From Tortispora ganteri (Eukaryota), in the NCBI GenBank assembly GCA_003707115.1, contig PPNB01000007.1, forward strand, positions 124,001 through 188,000: 64,000 nt of DNA, written 5' to 3'. A program made the translations under genes and the position numbers. Shown here in pieces: positions 1-10,497 of the stretch; within the stretch, counting starts at the first letter, position 1; every line of letters starts with the position of its first letter. Under the pieces are notes generated by a model. The model did no database searches and was not told the DNA's origin. It saw only the letters and a program-made list of their open reading frames with translations.

Positions 1-98
1 ACATATTCATTTTTATTATGTCAATTATTACTTCATAATATAATTAAGAAAAAAAAATTAGCCCCTTTTTATTCGCCTTAATTCCATAGTAATCTGTA

Positions 99-1202
99 TC
101 ATAACTTCACATCTTGTCGTGATTCACTGAGCCGTCGCGATACGCTAGGCTCTTGCTGGTGTAGGGCCATTGATCTTCTTTCTACTAGTAGGAAGTGGAT
201 CTGGTGCCTGATACCATTAATGGCGGTTCTAAGCGCATTAATTTCATCGGCATTTTTTCTTGCCTCTGATACTAGCGATGCACTGTGTCTTATTTCGAAA
301 TCCCGCAATCCGCTCGAGACCAGTTCGAGTTCTGCGCGGACGTGCTCCTGCTCTGAGAATAAATGGAATATATCTGAATCTGAGGATAATGGATGTTGCG
401 TTTCCAAGAACACAAGCGCATCAATTTTACGATGCAACATATCATTTTCTTTCTCGAGTTTGTCGATTTTGGCCTGTTGTACTTCAAATGCTGGCCGTAG
501 ACTCGCAAACACGCAGGTTTGCTCATGGCTCGTGATCTCGCCCAGTGGTGCGTCTTCTTTTTTGCAACCGTATGGTTTACCACTGCAAGATATCATGCGT
601 TTCGGACACTCCTGGATGTGACTACTCATGTTGACTGCTGTGAACATACCGTTGCAATGTGGACAAGCAGCAGTGATCTTTTCGCACTTCTGTTCGTGGT
701 CTGACAAGTCCACCGCAGGCATAGTAGCGCCACACGCGCTGCAAGCAACTTCCTTATGCAACGGACACTCGTCTTCCGCTGTTGTCGCCTTGGCTTTACC
801 GGAAAAACTTTCTGATAGCTCGAGCACATGTTTGCGTAGGACTGTTATACCACAGTAGGGACAATCAATGGCGGCGTACTCGCACTCTTCTTGTACATGT
901 TTTGAAATTACATATTTGGGTCCAACCTTCGTACAGCCATTCTCCTTAAATAAACAATAAACGTCGAGATCGCTTAACAGGTTCATTATAACAAGTGGCG
1001 CTGGGTGTATATCGTTGACGGAGATCGGCTTTCGGTCAATCGGGCAACGCTCTGTGGATCTCTCTAATGCTCCAAAAAGACACATACGGCAAAATGTATG
1101 GCCACATATTGTTGTACGAGGTTCAATTAGAGGTCCACGACAAATTGGACATACTAATGATTCCGGTAGATCAACATACGTGTATTCTTCATTCTGCATC
1201 AT
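99..1202 (-). CDS. RING-finger / TRAF-type zinc-finger E3 ubiquitin ligase-like protein
   Basis: C3HC4 RING (CPIC...CGHTFCRMC...CPID), TRAF-type Zn fingers (C-x2-C...H...C) and a C-terminal coiled coil. The likely start is the ATGATG at 1202/1199; the upstream part of the track ORF looks non-coding. Confidence 0.85.
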   Translation of the reverse strand: MMQNEEYTYVDLPESLVCPICRGPLIEPRTTICGHTFCRMCLFGALERSTERCPIDRKPISVNDIHPAPLVIMNLLSDLDVYCLFKENGCTKVGPKYVISKHVQEECEYAAIDCPYCGITVLRKHVLELSESFSGKAKATTAEDECPLHKEVACSACGATMPAVDLSDHEQKCEKITAACPHCNGMFTAVNMSSHIQECPKRMISCSGKPYGCKKEDAPLGEITSHEQTCVFASLRPAFEVQQAKIDKLEKENDMLHRKIDALVFLETQHPLSSDSDIFHLFSEQEHVRAELELVSSGLRDFEIRHSASLVSEARKNADEINALRTAINGIRHQIHFLLVERRSMALHQQEPSVSRRLSESRQDVKL

Positions 1203-1390
1203 GGTTAATTGGTAAGAATTGGGTGGAGGGATATGGTGGAGAGAGGCTATTATTCCAACCCTTACCCACTCTACACCTGCTCTCTCTCCCAAAAGACGGG
1301 CTCCTTTATTAAGATCGATTCACCTTACTAAATAACCCTTCTATTAGCTATAAACCATTATAGTGTATTGTTTTTTTACCGCTTTAACAT

Positions 1391-2164
1391 ATGTCAAAGG
1401 AGGCACAAGTAACACTTCTTGCTGATCAGGTTGCTACTAGCGTTAGTGAACTCAAGCGGCTCGAAGAGCTCCAACTTCAACCTACTGATACAGAGCTCGA
1501 AGATGTTCATTCTTCGCTAGATAAACTACGACAAGCCATATCTGCACTAGACATAGAAGGCACAGTATCTAGTTCTGTGCTTGTATATCTTCAAAAGCGG
1601 TATGAGGATATAGTTACTCAGATGTATGGGTCCAGTCTTCCAAATGAACTTGCCGCCTCGTGGACAGAGAAACCACGTAAAACCGTTCGGTTCCGACCCG
1701 ACCTTGAGGAGTTCGCTCCTGCACAATCAGAGTCCCCACGCAAGAAAGATTCTAAAAATCTTCCTGATAATTTTGACAGCACTAGTAGTACAACCACAAC
1801 AACCGTCGATACTCTCACACCATTTGAACCCTACACAGATAACGTCGACCCGAGTTTCCTAGGCTCAGATGCCATCTTACTCCAGAATAGACAAATCATG
1901 GCCCAACAGGACCAGAATCTCGATACACTATCGGACTCAATATCTCGCCAACGTGATCTCGGACTACAAATTGGTCAAGAACTCGATGATCATGTCACTA
2001 TGCTCGACGACGTAGAGGCACTCGTCGACAGATCAACACAAAGACTTTCTAGTGCTCGCAAAAGACTTGACAAATTCTCAAAAGCCCTCAAGGAACACGG
2101 AAGTAATCTTACTATAGCAGCTCTGATTGTGATTCTGATTGTCCTGATTATTGTTTTGAAGTAA
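1391..2164 (+). CDS. SYN8: Qc-SNARE, Syn8/syntaxin-8-like endosomal SNARE
   Basis: N-terminal helical bundle, SNARE motif (QQDQNLDTLSDSISRQRDLGLQIGQELDDH) and a C-terminal transmembrane anchor. Confidence 0.8.
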   Translation: MSKEAQVTLLADQVATSVSELKRLEELQLQPTDTELEDVHSSLDKLRQAISALDIEGTVSSSVLVYLQKRYEDIVTQMYGSSLPNELAASWTEKPRKTVRFRPDLEEFAPAQSESPRKKDSKNLPDNFDSTSSTTTTTVDTLTPFEPYTDNVDPSFLGSDAILLQNRQIMAQQDQNLDTLSDSISRQRDLGLQIGQELDDHVTMLDDVEALVDRSTQRLSSARKRLDKFSKALKEHGSNLTIAALIVILIVLIIVLK

Positions 2165-2396
2165 TATTCCTATTGCTGCAAATGATACTGTTTACTACAC
2201 GCCATTCACACCGTTCAGCAGCTATCTGTCAAAACGCCCCCACAACACCCGGCGCCTATCTATCCGCTACAGTTACAGGCTTCGCTTCACAATATTTTGC
2301 AACTTTAAATTCACTATATACCATATACCTGACAGGAAATTATTTCCATGCTTTCTTCCAATTGTGTCATTAACCAATAATGACCGCAGTCGTCCA

Positions 2397-2834
2397 TCAA
2401 TTCTTGCTGCGCATCCTCACAGGCGAGGATGTGCTATCATACGTCGTTCCTTTACTGTTGCCCATTATAGGGAAATTCTGACCTGGAACATTTTGTGACA
2501 TCCACATTTGCCCATAATAAGGCATGTATCCATTCATTCCCGCTTGCTGTGGGTTTTGCTGATGTTGCTGTTGCAATGGCGAGGTATGTGGAGTAGAGCT
2601 GCTCGTGGATGAGTCTGTCAGTCCCATTCTATATTCGTCCGACAAGTATCCCGGATAGAATTCTAAATCATCTTCAATATCGAAACATCTGCTGGATTCA
2701 TATCTGATATAGTAACCTGAATTATACCTGTTTCCTGTGTTGCTTGTCCAAGCCGTCGCATCCCCTGATTCTCCTACATTCGCAACCCCAGATGATCCCA
2801 TGGGGTAGGTTGCGGCGCTTTGCTCTTTAGACAT
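2397..2834 (-). CDS. Small low-complexity hypothetical protein with an acidic SRCFDIEDDLEFYP motif
   Basis: 145-aa ATG-started ORF filling the intergenic gap, S/Q/N-rich, with one ordered-looking acidic-aromatic motif. Confidence 0.7.
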   Translation of the reverse strand: MSKEQSAATYPMGSSGVANVGESGDATAWTSNTGNRYNSGYYIRYESSRCFDIEDDLEFYPGYLSDEYRMGLTDSSTSSSTPHTSPLQQQHQQNPQQAGMNGYMPYYGQMWMSQNVPGQNFPIMGNSKGTTYDSTSSPVRMRSKN

Positions 2835-3144
2835 AATTGCATTCGTTATTCTACTGAGTTCTGGTTATCGTTATTTGCTGCGATCGAATGCTTTGGCTAA
2901 TCAAATCGCTCGTTGAAATTGGAAACAGTTTACGAGTTGTGGAAGGTGTCTGTCCATGATCTGTAATCATTTTGGAGGCTGGCATAGCAACCAAAGCTCA
3001 ATCTGATCCATTTGAATCCTACTATTGGCTCATATCAGTATTAAGGTTTAATAATTGCCACAATTATAAGGAGTTATTTTGCGCCAAGCCAATAAGGCGA
3101 TAGCGGCCGTTGGAAAGGTTGTGGGAGGATAAACAGCAAAGCTA

Positions 3145-4365
3145 TCAGTGATCTATGATGTACTCTTTGCAGTAGCCGAATTCCAGGGTTTCTGCATTGA
3201 TTCCGCGTTCGACACCCAGCTTATTGAATCGATCACGTGGTTCGAGGTAGTACTCATCAGTCACTACGAATGTACCCCAATGCACACCAATAACTTTCTC
3301 TGCTCCGAGGTCTTCTGCAGCGTTCAGACTATCACTTGGATCCATGTGATCACCGCATAAGTGCCAGCGCGGCTTATATGCACCACAAGGCATAATTGCT
3401 AGACTGCAGGAACCCAGTACTTCACGTATTGCTTTGAACATCTCTGGTTGGTAACCAGTGTCACCGGCATGGAACAGCACAGGCTTGTCGTCTTTGCAGA
3501 TCATGAACGAGCACCAGAGAGACCAGTTCTTATCAATCAGTTTTCTGCCAGACCAATGCATGGCTGGCGTGCATACCACTTTATATGAACACTTGGGGCC
3601 ACCAGGAGTAGCCGCATAGTCTGTAACGTCTAGTTCCTGCCACCAGTCCATTTCGATAATGTTGTAGATTCCGCGCTGTGCAAGAGTTTTTCTTACACCT
3701 AGTGGAACGATCCAGAGCGCACGGTTACCAATCTTCGAGCAAGACTCTAGGTCCAGGTGATCTGGGTGGTTGTGCGATACCAGCACGATATCTATCGGTA
3801 GCAGTTCTGCTGGGCACGGAGCTGGTCGTAGTCGCTTCGGACCAAAACTGTTGACAAGATGATCAGAGAAAATAGGGTCAGTGAGCACGCTGAGGCCGTT
3901 TACCATCGCGTGGATGCAGCTTTGGCCCAGCCAAGTCACTTTGACAGCGTTCGAGCTTGGGGTCGTAGCTTGAGCGAGATCAACGTCGTGTATCGGCAAG
4001 TTACGATCAAGCTCGTGTTGGTGCAACAGACAAACGCCACTGCCCGAGCCCCAGATTGGGCCTCTGAGAGTGACGAATAGATTCCAACACATGAACTCTA
4101 GGAATCCCTTGTCGCGATATTCTTGGAAAGGGTTAGCGAATCTGCCTGCCACAACTAGTGAAGAGAACCGTTTCTTGAGAGCGGCTATCTTGGAGTTATT
4201 TGAAGAATCCGAGACATTAAGAGATTCTGAACAAGATTCAATAAGCTCTCTTTCGCGGGTTCGTATGGTTTTCAGCTTTATCGCGCCGGTCACTATGTGG
4301 AATACAAAGTAACATCCATACGCGGAACTCAGCGCGTATACAAAATACGACAGTCTGACACCCAT
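3145..4365 (-). CDS. N-acyl-phosphatidylethanolamine phospholipase D (NAPE-PLD/Fmp30 family, metallo-beta-lactamase fold)
   Basis: TWLGQS, TDPIFS, HNHPDH (HxHxDH), PAMHWSGR, HAGDTGY, HMDP and VHWGTF motifs; N-terminal TM segment. Confidence 0.9.
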   Translation of the reverse strand: MGVRLSYFVYALSSAYGCYFVFHIVTGAIKLKTIRTRERELIESCSESLNVSDSSNNSKIAALKKRFSSLVVAGRFANPFQEYRDKGFLEFMCWNLFVTLRGPIWGSGSGVCLLHQHELDRNLPIHDVDLAQATTPSSNAVKVTWLGQSCIHAMVNGLSVLTDPIFSDHLVNSFGPKRLRPAPCPAELLPIDIVLVSHNHPDHLDLESCSKIGNRALWIVPLGVRKTLAQRGIYNIIEMDWWQELDVTDYAATPGGPKCSYKVVCTPAMHWSGRKLIDKNWSLWCSFMICKDDKPVLFHAGDTGYQPEMFKAIREVLGSCSLAIMPCGAYKPRWHLCGDHMDPSDSLNAAEDLGAEKVIGVHWGTFVVTDEYYLEPRDRFNKLGVERGINAETLEFGYCKEYIIDH

Positions 4366-4575
4366 AAAGACAAGTCTATAAATCTATAAAATGATGTTAA
4401 AATAATAGTAGGTAGTGTATGTAAGGTATAGACGATGCAGACGCCTTAGATTGCAGCTTCAGAAGGGCGATTTTGCGTTATAGTATACGGAAGTAATTGT
4501 GGATTGCCTATTTGGGTAATAATTACATTACTTAAATAGGCAGTTGAGTTTTAGTCATTTCTATAATTCGATAAT

Positions 4576-5040
4576 ATGCCGCCTAAAAAGACCAAATCAC
4601 CTACAGGACGACAATTAAGACTAACAGAATTTGTTATAAGTAAACCAAGAAATAAGAAAGATGTTGTAAAGAAGATTATTGAGACTAAAAAACCTTCTGT
4701 GAAGGAAACTACACCTGAAATTGTGGAACCTATTGCAATATCGCAGCCAAAACAGGTTTTACAACAACTTGATCCTGATAATAAGAAGTATGTTAAACAG
4801 CTATCTAAATTAAATGGTTTAAAATATGCTACTCATATTGGTAATGAGTCTGCAGCTGAACGAATATTGCTAAATTTCGATAAAACATATAAGTATGGGC
4901 CCGCAGGCGGGATAAAGAGGATAGATCGTTGGAAAAGAGCAAGAAATTTAGGATTAAATCCACCAGAAATCGTTTACGATATTTTAAATACTGAACAAGG
5001 TTCAAATGAAGATATTTATATCAATAGTTATGTCAGGTAA
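4576..5040 (+). CDS. DNA polymerase delta subunit 4 (p12/Cdm1)
   Basis: C-terminal signature FDKTYKYGPAGGIKRIDRWKRARNLGLNPP; N-terminal PIP-like RQLRLTEFV. Confidence 0.9.
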   Translation: MPPKKTKSPTGRQLRLTEFVISKPRNKKDVVKKIIETKKPSVKETTPEIVEPIAISQPKQVLQQLDPDNKKYVKQLSKLNGLKYATHIGNESAAERILLNFDKTYKYGPAGGIKRIDRWKRARNLGLNPPEIVYDILNTEQGSNEDIYINSYVR

Positions 5041-5071
5041 TTTATTTATTATTGACAAATGTTGGTATAGG

Positions 5072-6724
5072 TTATATCATTTCCATACTCGGATCAAGTA
5101 ATGTAACCCTGTTCCATGCATCCACATAAAAATCTGGCTCTTGAGGTATAATCTCAGGCGATTGTTCACTAATTGAAATATGTCCATCTTCAATTCTCAG
5201 AATACTATAAAATGTCTTCTTCTCTTCTTCATCAAATCGAGTCATAGGCGCTTCCTCAATGGACGAGTTCTCGTGTGCAATATGAATGTTAGGCACGTCA
5301 AATTCTATTATTGTTCCTGGTATGTAAACTCTCAGAAACAAATCGACTGAAAATAATGCCGTGTTTCGAATAGTCCTTATATCTGCAGGAACATTAATCT
5401 TCAGCGGGAAATACACTTGACAATCATTAATGCCGCATTTCGTCTCCCACGTCTTTATGGTCACTATATCTTCAAAGAACTTGTCTTTTTCTGTAACGTT
5501 TACTGAAATGTCTCTTTTAAGCGCATCAATTGGCGCTAAATGTATGCGATCATTCTTTTTAGGCCGCCTGTCTTGGAAAATAGTGGTTCGCCTCATCAAT
5601 GCACACTTCACTCGAGGAATGTTTCTAGTGCTGTTATTTTGTATTCTCAAACCGCACGTAATACAATCGCCGGCTGTGAATAGATTCTGTCGGGTCTCCA
5701 GCATCATACTCACCTCTCCTTCTTCCGTAGATGACGAAAAAGAAGAAGAAGACGAAGACGATGCTGAAAATTTTGCTGTTCGTGACGCTGTTTGATTTTT
5801 GTAATACGACGGGTTATCTATATCCCAAGCCTCTACTACTTCAACATTTGCACAACTTTCGATCGTCTTTTCCACTCCGTTTTCTCTAATTTTTGCATAT
5901 GCCGACAGCACATACCTTATTCTGCATTTCTCATTAGGCGATGAACCAGACGAAGGCAGATCCGACGGTAGTTTGAATGACCATGGAAACACTGTTTTTC
6001 CCGCCACAGGTTCTCTGAATCCAGCAGAGTCTGGAGGAGGGTAAGGGTGTCTTAGCGCAGAGGTAACTTGTTCGGTACCATCGCCTTTCGCAGGGTGCTG
6101 GAAGATCTGGCGTGACTGGATAAACGTGAAAGAGAGCGGGACATCCTGGATGCCTCGTACGAAAAGCTCCTCAAATCCGATAAGTTCAACACCTATTTCC
6201 CCAACTGTTAAACTGTTAGTCTTTTTAGCTGATGCTAAGTATGTAGGTGGTTTCATTCTCAGTGTAGCTGTACCCCAAACCTCTCCCCCTGCAGCAAAGG
6301 TCACTTTGGGGCATGGCATTATTGATACCTTCAAGGGGCCTGATTTGTTCATGTTCGGTTTGTGTGGATTGTGTCGCGCCTCAAAGCTCAGCGGCGGTAT
6401 GTATATGGGTGTATAAGGTAAATGTCGGAGCGATTTGAGAGGGTCGTAAAAGGCGAAGATCGATGAGTAGGTGGCAGATTCATGGTCTGTGTTGGCAGGT
6501 TCTGTGCTACTATCATTGCGTAGATCAGGAGATATGGGAATACTGAGATCATTGATATTATTGCGTAGTGCATGTAGTCCTGGTAGAGCGACAGCAGTAG
6601 AACCGGAAGATGAAGTTATGATCGATTCTGTGCGATGTGGACAGGATCGTCTAAGGCTACCAATTCGCGCCGGTTTAAGCGGAGAATCAAACCGACGAGG
6701 TTCTGGAGCAATTGCAATATTCAT
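5072..6724 (-). CDS. Arrestin-domain protein (alpha-arrestin-like adaptor)
   Basis: Arrestin-N (FAAGGEVWG...VELIGFEE...FPWSFKLPSDLPSS...IRYVL) and arrestin-C (FTAGDCITCGLRIQNNSTR) domains and a PPTY motif. The first ATG is at 6724; the track ORF starts at a TTG. Confidence 0.8.
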   Translation of the reverse strand: MNIAIAPEPRRFDSPLKPARIGSLRRSCPHRTESIITSSSGSTAVALPGLHALRNNINDLSIPISPDLRNDSSTEPANTDHESATYSSIFAFYDPLKSLRHLPYTPIYIPPLSFEARHNPHKPNMNKSGPLKVSIMPCPKVTFAAGGEVWGTATLRMKPPTYLASAKKTNSLTVGEIGVELIGFEELFVRGIQDVPLSFTFIQSRQIFQHPAKGDGTEQVTSALRHPYPPPDSAGFREPVAGKTVFPWSFKLPSDLPSSGSSPNEKCRIRYVLSAYAKIRENGVEKTIESCANVEVVEAWDIDNPSYYKNQTASRTAKFSASSSSSSSFSSSTEEGEVSMMLETRQNLFTAGDCITCGLRIQNNSTRNIPRVKCALMRRTTIFQDRRPKKNDRIHLAPIDALKRDISVNVTEKDKFFEDIVTIKTWETKCGINDCQVYFPLKINVPADIRTIRNTALFSVDLFLRVYIPGTIIEFDVPNIHIAHENSSIEEAPMTRFDEEEKKTFYSILRIEDGHISISEQSPEIIPQEPDFYVDAWNRVTLLDPSMEMI

Positions 6725-6890
6725 ATCAGTATTCCCTGTATAATTAGTGTCCAAATGTGGACTTTTTTAGAATTATAGCAAACTCAGACGTTTGTTTAGA
6801 TTGGGGGTACCTAAAATCGGTTCGAATAGAAGTCCAATTACCTTTTTAGGTTAATGCGGCTCATATGGAGCTATATGAGCCAGACTCGTA

Positions 6891-7913
6891 TTAATAGAAG
6901 CAGGATCGCGTTCTATGCGGAATAGAAGTAGACAAATTTTTTGATTTTTGGACTTGTTTAGCATAATCCCATAAATAAAAATCAATAAGTACAGCGTTCA
7001 AATGTGTGTAGTTATGTGATTTCTTTATACTGCGAAGGATTAGCTCGACTGCCCATATTGATACGCATCTAATTTCAATTTCTTTTGGGTCGCCACTTTG
7101 TATTATTTTTCTTTGAGCAATAATTTCACTTAATTCTGGAGTGTAATTAATGCAACCCAAGTCTCGCAAGATTTGTGGTACTCTGTAATCAGCGAACATA
7201 GTTAATTGATCAATATCTGTGAAAGTTCCGTAGCTTTTACCGTCAAAACAAGCCCATAAATCAGCTACAAAGATTTGCGCACGTTTATATATATAAACTG
7301 TACGGCCCTTGTAGGTGAAATAGTCCCTGAAAGAATGAATATGTGTACTGAGGGAATCCACGAGGGCGCAAGCAGATTGATTTGCAGATAAAATCAGTTG
7401 ATCGATGCCACCAAGCTGTGTTAATACGCGACCTGCTTCCTTAAGACAAGTAAATCGTTCGTGTAGTAAGGGTACTTCATACTCATTATTACTGACAAAT
7501 ATTTGTTTCAGTGCTTCAAAGTCGAACTCATCAGACGCCCAGTATTTGTAGCTGGTGATTTGAACACCTCTGTCAAGTGCACGGTTAATAGCAGCAGGTA
7601 AGCTCCAATAACCGGACCATAATTTACCTTTATATTCAACACAGAATGCAGAGTCTGGATTACCTGAATCTGTAGAATCATAATCTGACCAAAAACTGAA
7701 GTTTAATAAGTCGACCGTGAACACCCATTCAGCGGTCTTGAGATTACATATCTTTGGATGTAATTCATGAGTGTTCCAGGTAGCTGTAGAATAAGCCATC
7801 TCTTGCATACGTTCATAAAGTTGTTCAGCCACATTTATACAATTTAATTCATTACATGTGACATAATTGGAATTAGAAACGACATATTTTGCACTCTCGA
7901 GCACTTTCCACAT
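6891..7913 (-). CDS. QNG1: Queuosine salvage protein (DUF2419/Qng1 family)
   Basis: DLLNFSFW, GYWSLPAAINRAL, YKRAQIFVADLW, MFADYRVPQIL and DFYLWD motifs, and C-terminal HRTRSCFY. Confidence 0.92.
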   Translation of the reverse strand: MWKVLESAKYVVSNSNYVTCNELNCINVAEQLYERMQEMAYSTATWNTHELHPKICNLKTAEWVFTVDLLNFSFWSDYDSTDSGNPDSAFCVEYKGKLWSGYWSLPAAINRALDRGVQITSYKYWASDEFDFEALKQIFVSNNEYEVPLLHERFTCLKEAGRVLTQLGGIDQLILSANQSACALVDSLSTHIHSFRDYFTYKGRTVYIYKRAQIFVADLWACFDGKSYGTFTDIDQLTMFADYRVPQILRDLGCINYTPELSEIIAQRKIIQSGDPKEIEIRCVSIWAVELILRSIKKSHNYTHLNAVLIDFYLWDYAKQVQKSKNLSTSIPHRTRSCFY

Positions 7914-7981
7914 CTATCACTTTTAAAAAGAAAACCCGCGCAACCGAAAGTTTGCTTCAACCACTACCAACGAAGGGGGAA

Positions 7982-9727
7982 ATGTCACGATATTCGAGTT
8001 TAGAGACAATTTGGCAAGACAAATTTACTAAAATAAGAAATTCAAAGGTTTTACTTGTAGGAGCTGGAGGTATTGGATGTGAACTTATTAAAAATCTTGT
8101 TTTATCTGGATTTGGTGAAATTCATGTAGTTGACCTCGATACTATCGATTTGTCAAATCTCAATAGACAATTTTTATTCAGACATTCTCATATAAATCAG
8201 CCTAAATCAGTAATTGCAAAGGAAACTGCTTCAAAATTTAATCCTGATGTTAATATAATAGCTTACCATGCGAATATAAAACTTGACAAACAGTTTGATA
8301 CTGATTGGTTCAGCTCTTTTGATATTGTCTTTAACGCGCTTGATAACCTTGAAGCCCGACGTCACGTTAACCATATGTGTCTCGCTACTAATACCCCTCT
8401 TATTGAATCTGGAACTATGGGATTTAACGGCCAGGTACAAGTTATCATCCCCGGCCAAACAGAGTGTTATGACTGCAATCCGAAACCTGTCACTAAAGCC
8501 TTCCCTGTATGTACTATTAGAAGCACACCAAGTGAACCAATTCATTGCATCGTCTGGGCGAAAAGTTACCTTTTCACACAAATATTTGGTGAAGATGATG
8601 ATTTCGAAGCCGCAGCAGAACCAGACGAAGACCAAAAAGAACTTGAAGAGCTCCGTAAAGAGTCCGCAGAACTCAACCAAGTAAGAGATGCCCTTGAAAA
8701 TGACAATTTTGACCATATATTGTTCAATAAGGTCTTTACAGATGATATAGAACGTCTCAGTAAACATGAAGAAGTTTGGAAGTACAGGAAAGCTCCTATT
8801 GCACTCGATTATAGTAAACTCTTAGAAAAGGCGGAAACTCTTGATATTAATGATGTTCTCTCGCATGACCAAGCTATTTGGTCACCTGAAGAAAACCTGG
8901 CCGTTTACATGGACGCTATTAAACGTTTGAAAAAAAGGGCTTTAGTCGGAGGTCGCACTATAATTGAGTTCGACAAGGACGACAAGGATACTCTTGATTT
9001 TGTTGCTGCCGTAGCCAATTTAAGAGCACTCACATTTGGCATACCACAAAAATCGATCTTTGATATCAAACAAATAGCAGGAAATATTATCCCGGCTATT
9101 GCTACTACAAACGCTATCATTGCTGGGATATGTGTTATTGAAGGATTGAAAGTGCTGTGTCCACTTGGTGCAGAGCCTTGCAATGTGTTCCTTGCGCGTC
9201 GGCCAGAAAGGCTACTTAGCAGCGAATCAAAACAGCCTCCTAATGCCGATTGCGCTGTTTGCGGAGTCGCACGTGCTACTGTGCATGCAAACTTAGAAGA
9301 GCTCACTGTTCAGTCCATTGTCGATGCTCTGGTTCGCGACTTAAAGTACGGAGAGGAGATCAGTCTTATTACAGACCAACTGATTTACGACATTGATTTC
9401 GACGACAATCTAGCGGTTAAACTAACGGACCTAGGGATCACGTCAGATTCCTTTATCACCGTTGTCGACGATAATGAAACCAATCGCGTTAACCTCGAAC
9501 TGCTGGTTGTTGACGATCGTACCGCGAGCGGATTCTCAATACCGAATATCGACATCCCAACTAAAAAGAAGAAACCAGAAGAGGATGAGGAAAGCGACAT
9601 TGAAGAGGACGTCAGTTTACACGGAAAGAGAGCTGCAGAAGAAGATTTCGAAAATTCACAGCCAGCAAAGAAAGCTAAGCAGAACGAAGTAATAGCCATT
9701 GACGACGATGGTGTTATAGTTATTTGA
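7982..9727 (+). CDS. UBA2: SUMO-activating enzyme E1 subunit 2
   Basis: VGAGGIGCE, DTIDLSNLNRQFLF, catalytic FPVCTIRSTP, AGNIIPAIATTNA, Zn-binding CxxC pairs and a C-terminal NLS. The start is the ATG at 7982. Confidence 0.95.
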   Translation: MSRYSSLETIWQDKFTKIRNSKVLLVGAGGIGCELIKNLVLSGFGEIHVVDLDTIDLSNLNRQFLFRHSHINQPKSVIAKETASKFNPDVNIIAYHANIKLDKQFDTDWFSSFDIVFNALDNLEARRHVNHMCLATNTPLIESGTMGFNGQVQVIIPGQTECYDCNPKPVTKAFPVCTIRSTPSEPIHCIVWAKSYLFTQIFGEDDDFEAAAEPDEDQKELEELRKESAELNQVRDALENDNFDHILFNKVFTDDIERLSKHEEVWKYRKAPIALDYSKLLEKAETLDINDVLSHDQAIWSPEENLAVYMDAIKRLKKRALVGGRTIIEFDKDDKDTLDFVAAVANLRALTFGIPQKSIFDIKQIAGNIIPAIATTNAIIAGICVIEGLKVLCPLGAEPCNVFLARRPERLLSSESKQPPNADCAVCGVARATVHANLEELTVQSIVDALVRDLKYGEEISLITDQLIYDIDFDDNLAVKLTDLGITSDSFITVVDDNETNRVNLELLVVDDRTASGFSIPNIDIPTKKKKPEEDEESDIEEDVSLHGKRAAEEDFENSQPAKKAKQNEVIAIDDDGVIVI

Positions 9728-9783
9728 ATGAGATAAAAGTACAAAAAAGTGACTCGAATTTAGAGTTGAAGTCCTGGCTTCAT

Positions 9784-10497
9784 TTACAGAGATGTGCTCA
9801 TGCCACCATCAATCCGTATAGAGGCGCCGGTTATGTATTCATTTGTAGCAAGAAAAAGGGCAGCATGTGCTATTTCTTCCGGTTTACCAAGTCGATCCAG
9901 AGGTATTTTAGTCTTCATATGTTCTAGAATCTTTGGAGAGATTGTTTTAGCCATATCTGTTTCGACTAAACCAGGGATAATCACGTTGGAACGTACACCC
10001 CTTGATCCTAACTCTGCAGCCAAGGAACGCGAAAACCCCTCAATTCCTGCTTTAGAAGCCGCGTAAACGGAGCTTCCAGGAGATCCAATGCTACCTAATG
10101 CTGAAGATATATGCACAATACAGCCTTTTGTCTTCAAAAGTGACGGTAAAAACTTCTTCGTAGTAAGTATCGATCCCTTCAGATTGATATCGATCAGCTC
10201 CTCAATCTCCTCAGTTTTCAAACGCATCAGTAAACTATTCTGTGGTATCCCTGCGGCATTCACAACAATATCTATCTGTTCAAAATGTCCTTCAGTCCAC
10301 GGCTGCGACACGTTGTGAGACACCCCAATGTGCCCGCGTTCGGGGAACGGCAATGATCTCGCCGCCCTCTGCACGCTCTCTAAATTTCTAGATACAATTA
10401 TACATTTTCCACCGCTTTCTGCAAACAATCCCGCAATAGAATACCCTATTCCGCGACTACCTCCAGTTATGAGCGCTACTTTACCCGTTAATGACAT
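9784..10497 (-). CDS. OAR1: 3-oxoacyl-[ACP] reductase (SDR, mitochondrial FAS II type)
   Basis: TGGSRGIG, VNAAGI, YAASKAG, PGLVETDM and IDGG motifs of FabG-type SDRs. Confidence 0.75.
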   Translation of the reverse strand: MSLTGKVALITGGSRGIGYSIAGLFAESGGKCIIVSRNLESVQRAARSLPFPERGHIGVSHNVSQPWTEGHFEQIDIVVNAAGIPQNSLLMRLKTEEIEELIDINLKGSILTTKKFLPSLLKTKGCIVHISSALGSIGSPGSSVYAASKAGIEGFSRSLAAELGSRGVRSNVIIPGLVETDMAKTISPKILEHMKTKIPLDRLGKPEEIAHAALFLATNEYITGASIRIDGGMSTSL

